Origin: Escherichia phage ECO07P1
Direction: 5' to 3' (one strand)
Sequence record: OP172784
DNA length: 64,000 bases
A program made the translations under genes and the position numbers. Positions within the stretch are counted from its first letter, which is position 1; every line of letters starts with the position of its first letter. The notes beneath the pieces are model-generated. The model searched no databases, was not told the origin of the DNA, and saw only the letters and a program-made list of their open reading frames with translations. Positions 60,947-64,000 of this stretch are shown in pieces.

Positions 60947-61580
60947 ACGCTTTTTTCATGGCCTCTGCGAGAGCCATATAGGCGTCATCGGCACTTGTAT
61001 CGGCTTCCGCCGTCTGTGATTCGGTAATTTCCTTAGGAGTTACCCATGCATCTGGAGCACTTGGACCCCATACTGCATCAACACCTACAGTTAATTTGAA
61101 TCCTTCGTTTACGATACGATAACCTTTATTTGTGTCAGTCAATGAACCTAATCCACGAGAAGAAACTCCTGGAATCCATCCGGCACGAATATTAGCTGCT
61201 AATTTATCTCCAGGACCATGGTCACCTTCAATAACACGAGCTCGTCCGTATACGTCATTTCCTTTCCACCACATATCTTCTATAATGATAGCGGCTTGCA
61301 TCGGGTCAACATTAGCGCGTGGAGGATGATTTAATTCTCCGAGAGCTTGTTTAGTTAAAACTTGCTCATTGATATAGTCTTTTACCGCTTTTTCTAATAT
61401 GCGTTTTGGATAAAGACGTTTATTTCTATTGACGACTTCCGCTTGCATGAATATTCCTTCAATGTATAAACCCGGTTTTAAACCTAGGTCTTTTCCATCG
61501 TGGGATTCAAGCATTGGCACACCATCAATAATTTCGCCAGGTTGACCCCAAGTTTCAATTAATAATTGGGGTTCATTCAT
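60942..61580 (-). CDS. 21: gp21 prohead core protease
   Basis: 212-aa ORF; gene order 20-67-68-21-22-23. Confidence 0.9.
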   Translation of the reverse strand: MNEPQLLIETWGQPGEIIDGVPMLESHDGKDLGLKPGLYIEGIFMQAEVVNRNKRLYPKRILEKAVKDYINEQVLTKQALGELNHPPRANVDPMQAAIIIEDMWWKGNDVYGRARVIEGDHGPGDKLAANIRAGWIPGVSSRGLGSLTDTNKGYRIVNEGFKLTVGVDAVWGPSAPDAWVTPKEITESQTAEADTSADDAYMALAEAMKKAL

Positions 61581-62005
61581 TAGCTTAATCCTAATGCTTT
61601 ACGGCGTTTAAGAGCTTTTTTACGCTTACGCTGAGCACGAGATTGACCTGCTGGATTGGCAATCTTCGTTTTGGTAGCTTTGCGAGCAATTTGTCTACGT
61701 TTTGCTTTAGACAGCCCAGTGGTTTGAAATGCATTACGTTCGCGTGTTTTGCGGTCTTTAGTACGTGTAATTTCACCACGAGCTGAAACGTGCTTAACAA
61801 TGAATTCATTTAACGGCATATTTTCATTAATAGAAGCTAATGCAACTGCTAAATCAGTTTCATCATCAAGCATATTCTCGACAATTGTATTTATATCGTC
61901 TTTATTTAAAGCAGAAGACAATTCGTCAAAGCGACCCTGTGCTTCAGGAATAAGTGCTTCGACATTCTCGAGAACTAATTCATGAGTTTCAGGGATCAGA
62001 AGCAT
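61580..62005 (-). CDS. 68: gp68 prohead core protein
   Basis: 141-aa ORF between 67 and 21. Confidence 0.7.
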
Positions 62006-62246
62006 TATTCATCATCCTCGTCTTCGTCATCTTCGTCAGAGTCTTTGTCTTTTTTGTCGTCTTTATCATCACTGTCTTCGTCATCATCCTCGTCTTCAGG
62101 TTCTTCACCTTCGATTAAGAAATTACGAGCGATAGCGATTTTTTCTTCTTTAATTAAATCAATCGTTCTTGCAGCCATGGCTTCAGCAAATAATTTACGA
62201 GCGGCTACGAGGTCGTTTGATTTAATAGCTTCAATTAAACCTTCCA

Positions 62247-62247
<1 letters not shown>
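62005..62247 (-). CDS. 67: gp67 prohead core protein with poly-acidic tail
   Basis: 80-aa ORF ending [30 protein letters not shown]. Confidence 0.75.
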
Positions 62248-63872
<1,625 letters not shown>

Positions 63873-63888
63873 TTAAGCAGGATGGGGA
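63873..63888 (-). other. hairpin between gene 19 3' end and the gene 20 late promoter
   Basis: ggggatttctcccc stem-loop plus adjacent ctgctttaagcag palindrome. Confidence 0.4.
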
Positions 63889-63904
63889 TTTCTCCCCATT
63901 CATT

Positions 63905-64000
63905 TTATTCCCAATAATCGAGAGCGAGAGTTACTTCAAAGGTTTGGATTTCATTGTTTGAATCCCAATCTAATTGAAGTTCACCCACGTTAGTAGGCCA
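63905..64000 (-). CDS. 19: 3' end of upstream late gene (probably gp19 tail tube), 5'-partial at window edge
   Basis: Open frame ending ...IQTFEVTLALDYWE then stop (tta 63905-63907 on + strand); T4 gene order places 19 here. Confidence 0.45.
   Translation of the reverse strand, partial: WPTNVGELQLDWDSNNEIQTFEVTLALDYWE

Overview
This 64 kb window reads as a T4-like (T-even, Tequatrovirus-type) myovirus genome segment, collinear with phage T4 from gene 52 to genes 20/19 and in reverse-complement orientation to the conventional T4 map. Early and middle genes are on the + strand: 52 (5'-partial), motA, arn, asiA, rnh, dsbA, 33, 59, 32, frd, td (split by a group I intron carrying I-TevI), nrdA, nrdB (split by a group I intron carrying an intact HNH endonuclease), denA, rnlA, alc, a spanin pair, pseT, cd, 31, rIII, a NADAR-like gene, 30 (DNA ligase), two tandem alt-like genes, 26, 25, uvsY, inh, hoc and rnlB. 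Late structural genes are mostly on the - strand: holin t, tail fibre genes 38-37-36-35-34, baseplate and tail genes 54-48-29-28-27-51, uvsW, head genes 24-23-22-21-68-67-20 and a 3' fragment of 19. Regulatory signals of the expected T4 classes are visible throughout: early promoters (GTTTAC -35 with TG-extended -10), late promoters (TATAAATA), a MotA-box middle promoter at uvsY, the gene 32 translational operator, and many short GC hairpins with UUCG or GNRA loops. I found no wholly novel multi-gene system. The most interesting items are the tandem Alt ADP-ribosyltransferase paralogs, a recurring design in which early-promoter -10 elements sit inside inverted repeats (two copies are near-identical cassettes that would sequester a ribosome-binding site in read-through RNA), the intact nrdB-intron endonuclease, the absence of free-standing seg endonuclease genes at junctions where T4 carries them, and clusters of uncharacterised small early ORFs. 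All coordinates and motifs were read by eye from the sequence; no database search or folding was run, and T4 protein sequences and gene positions are cited from memory.
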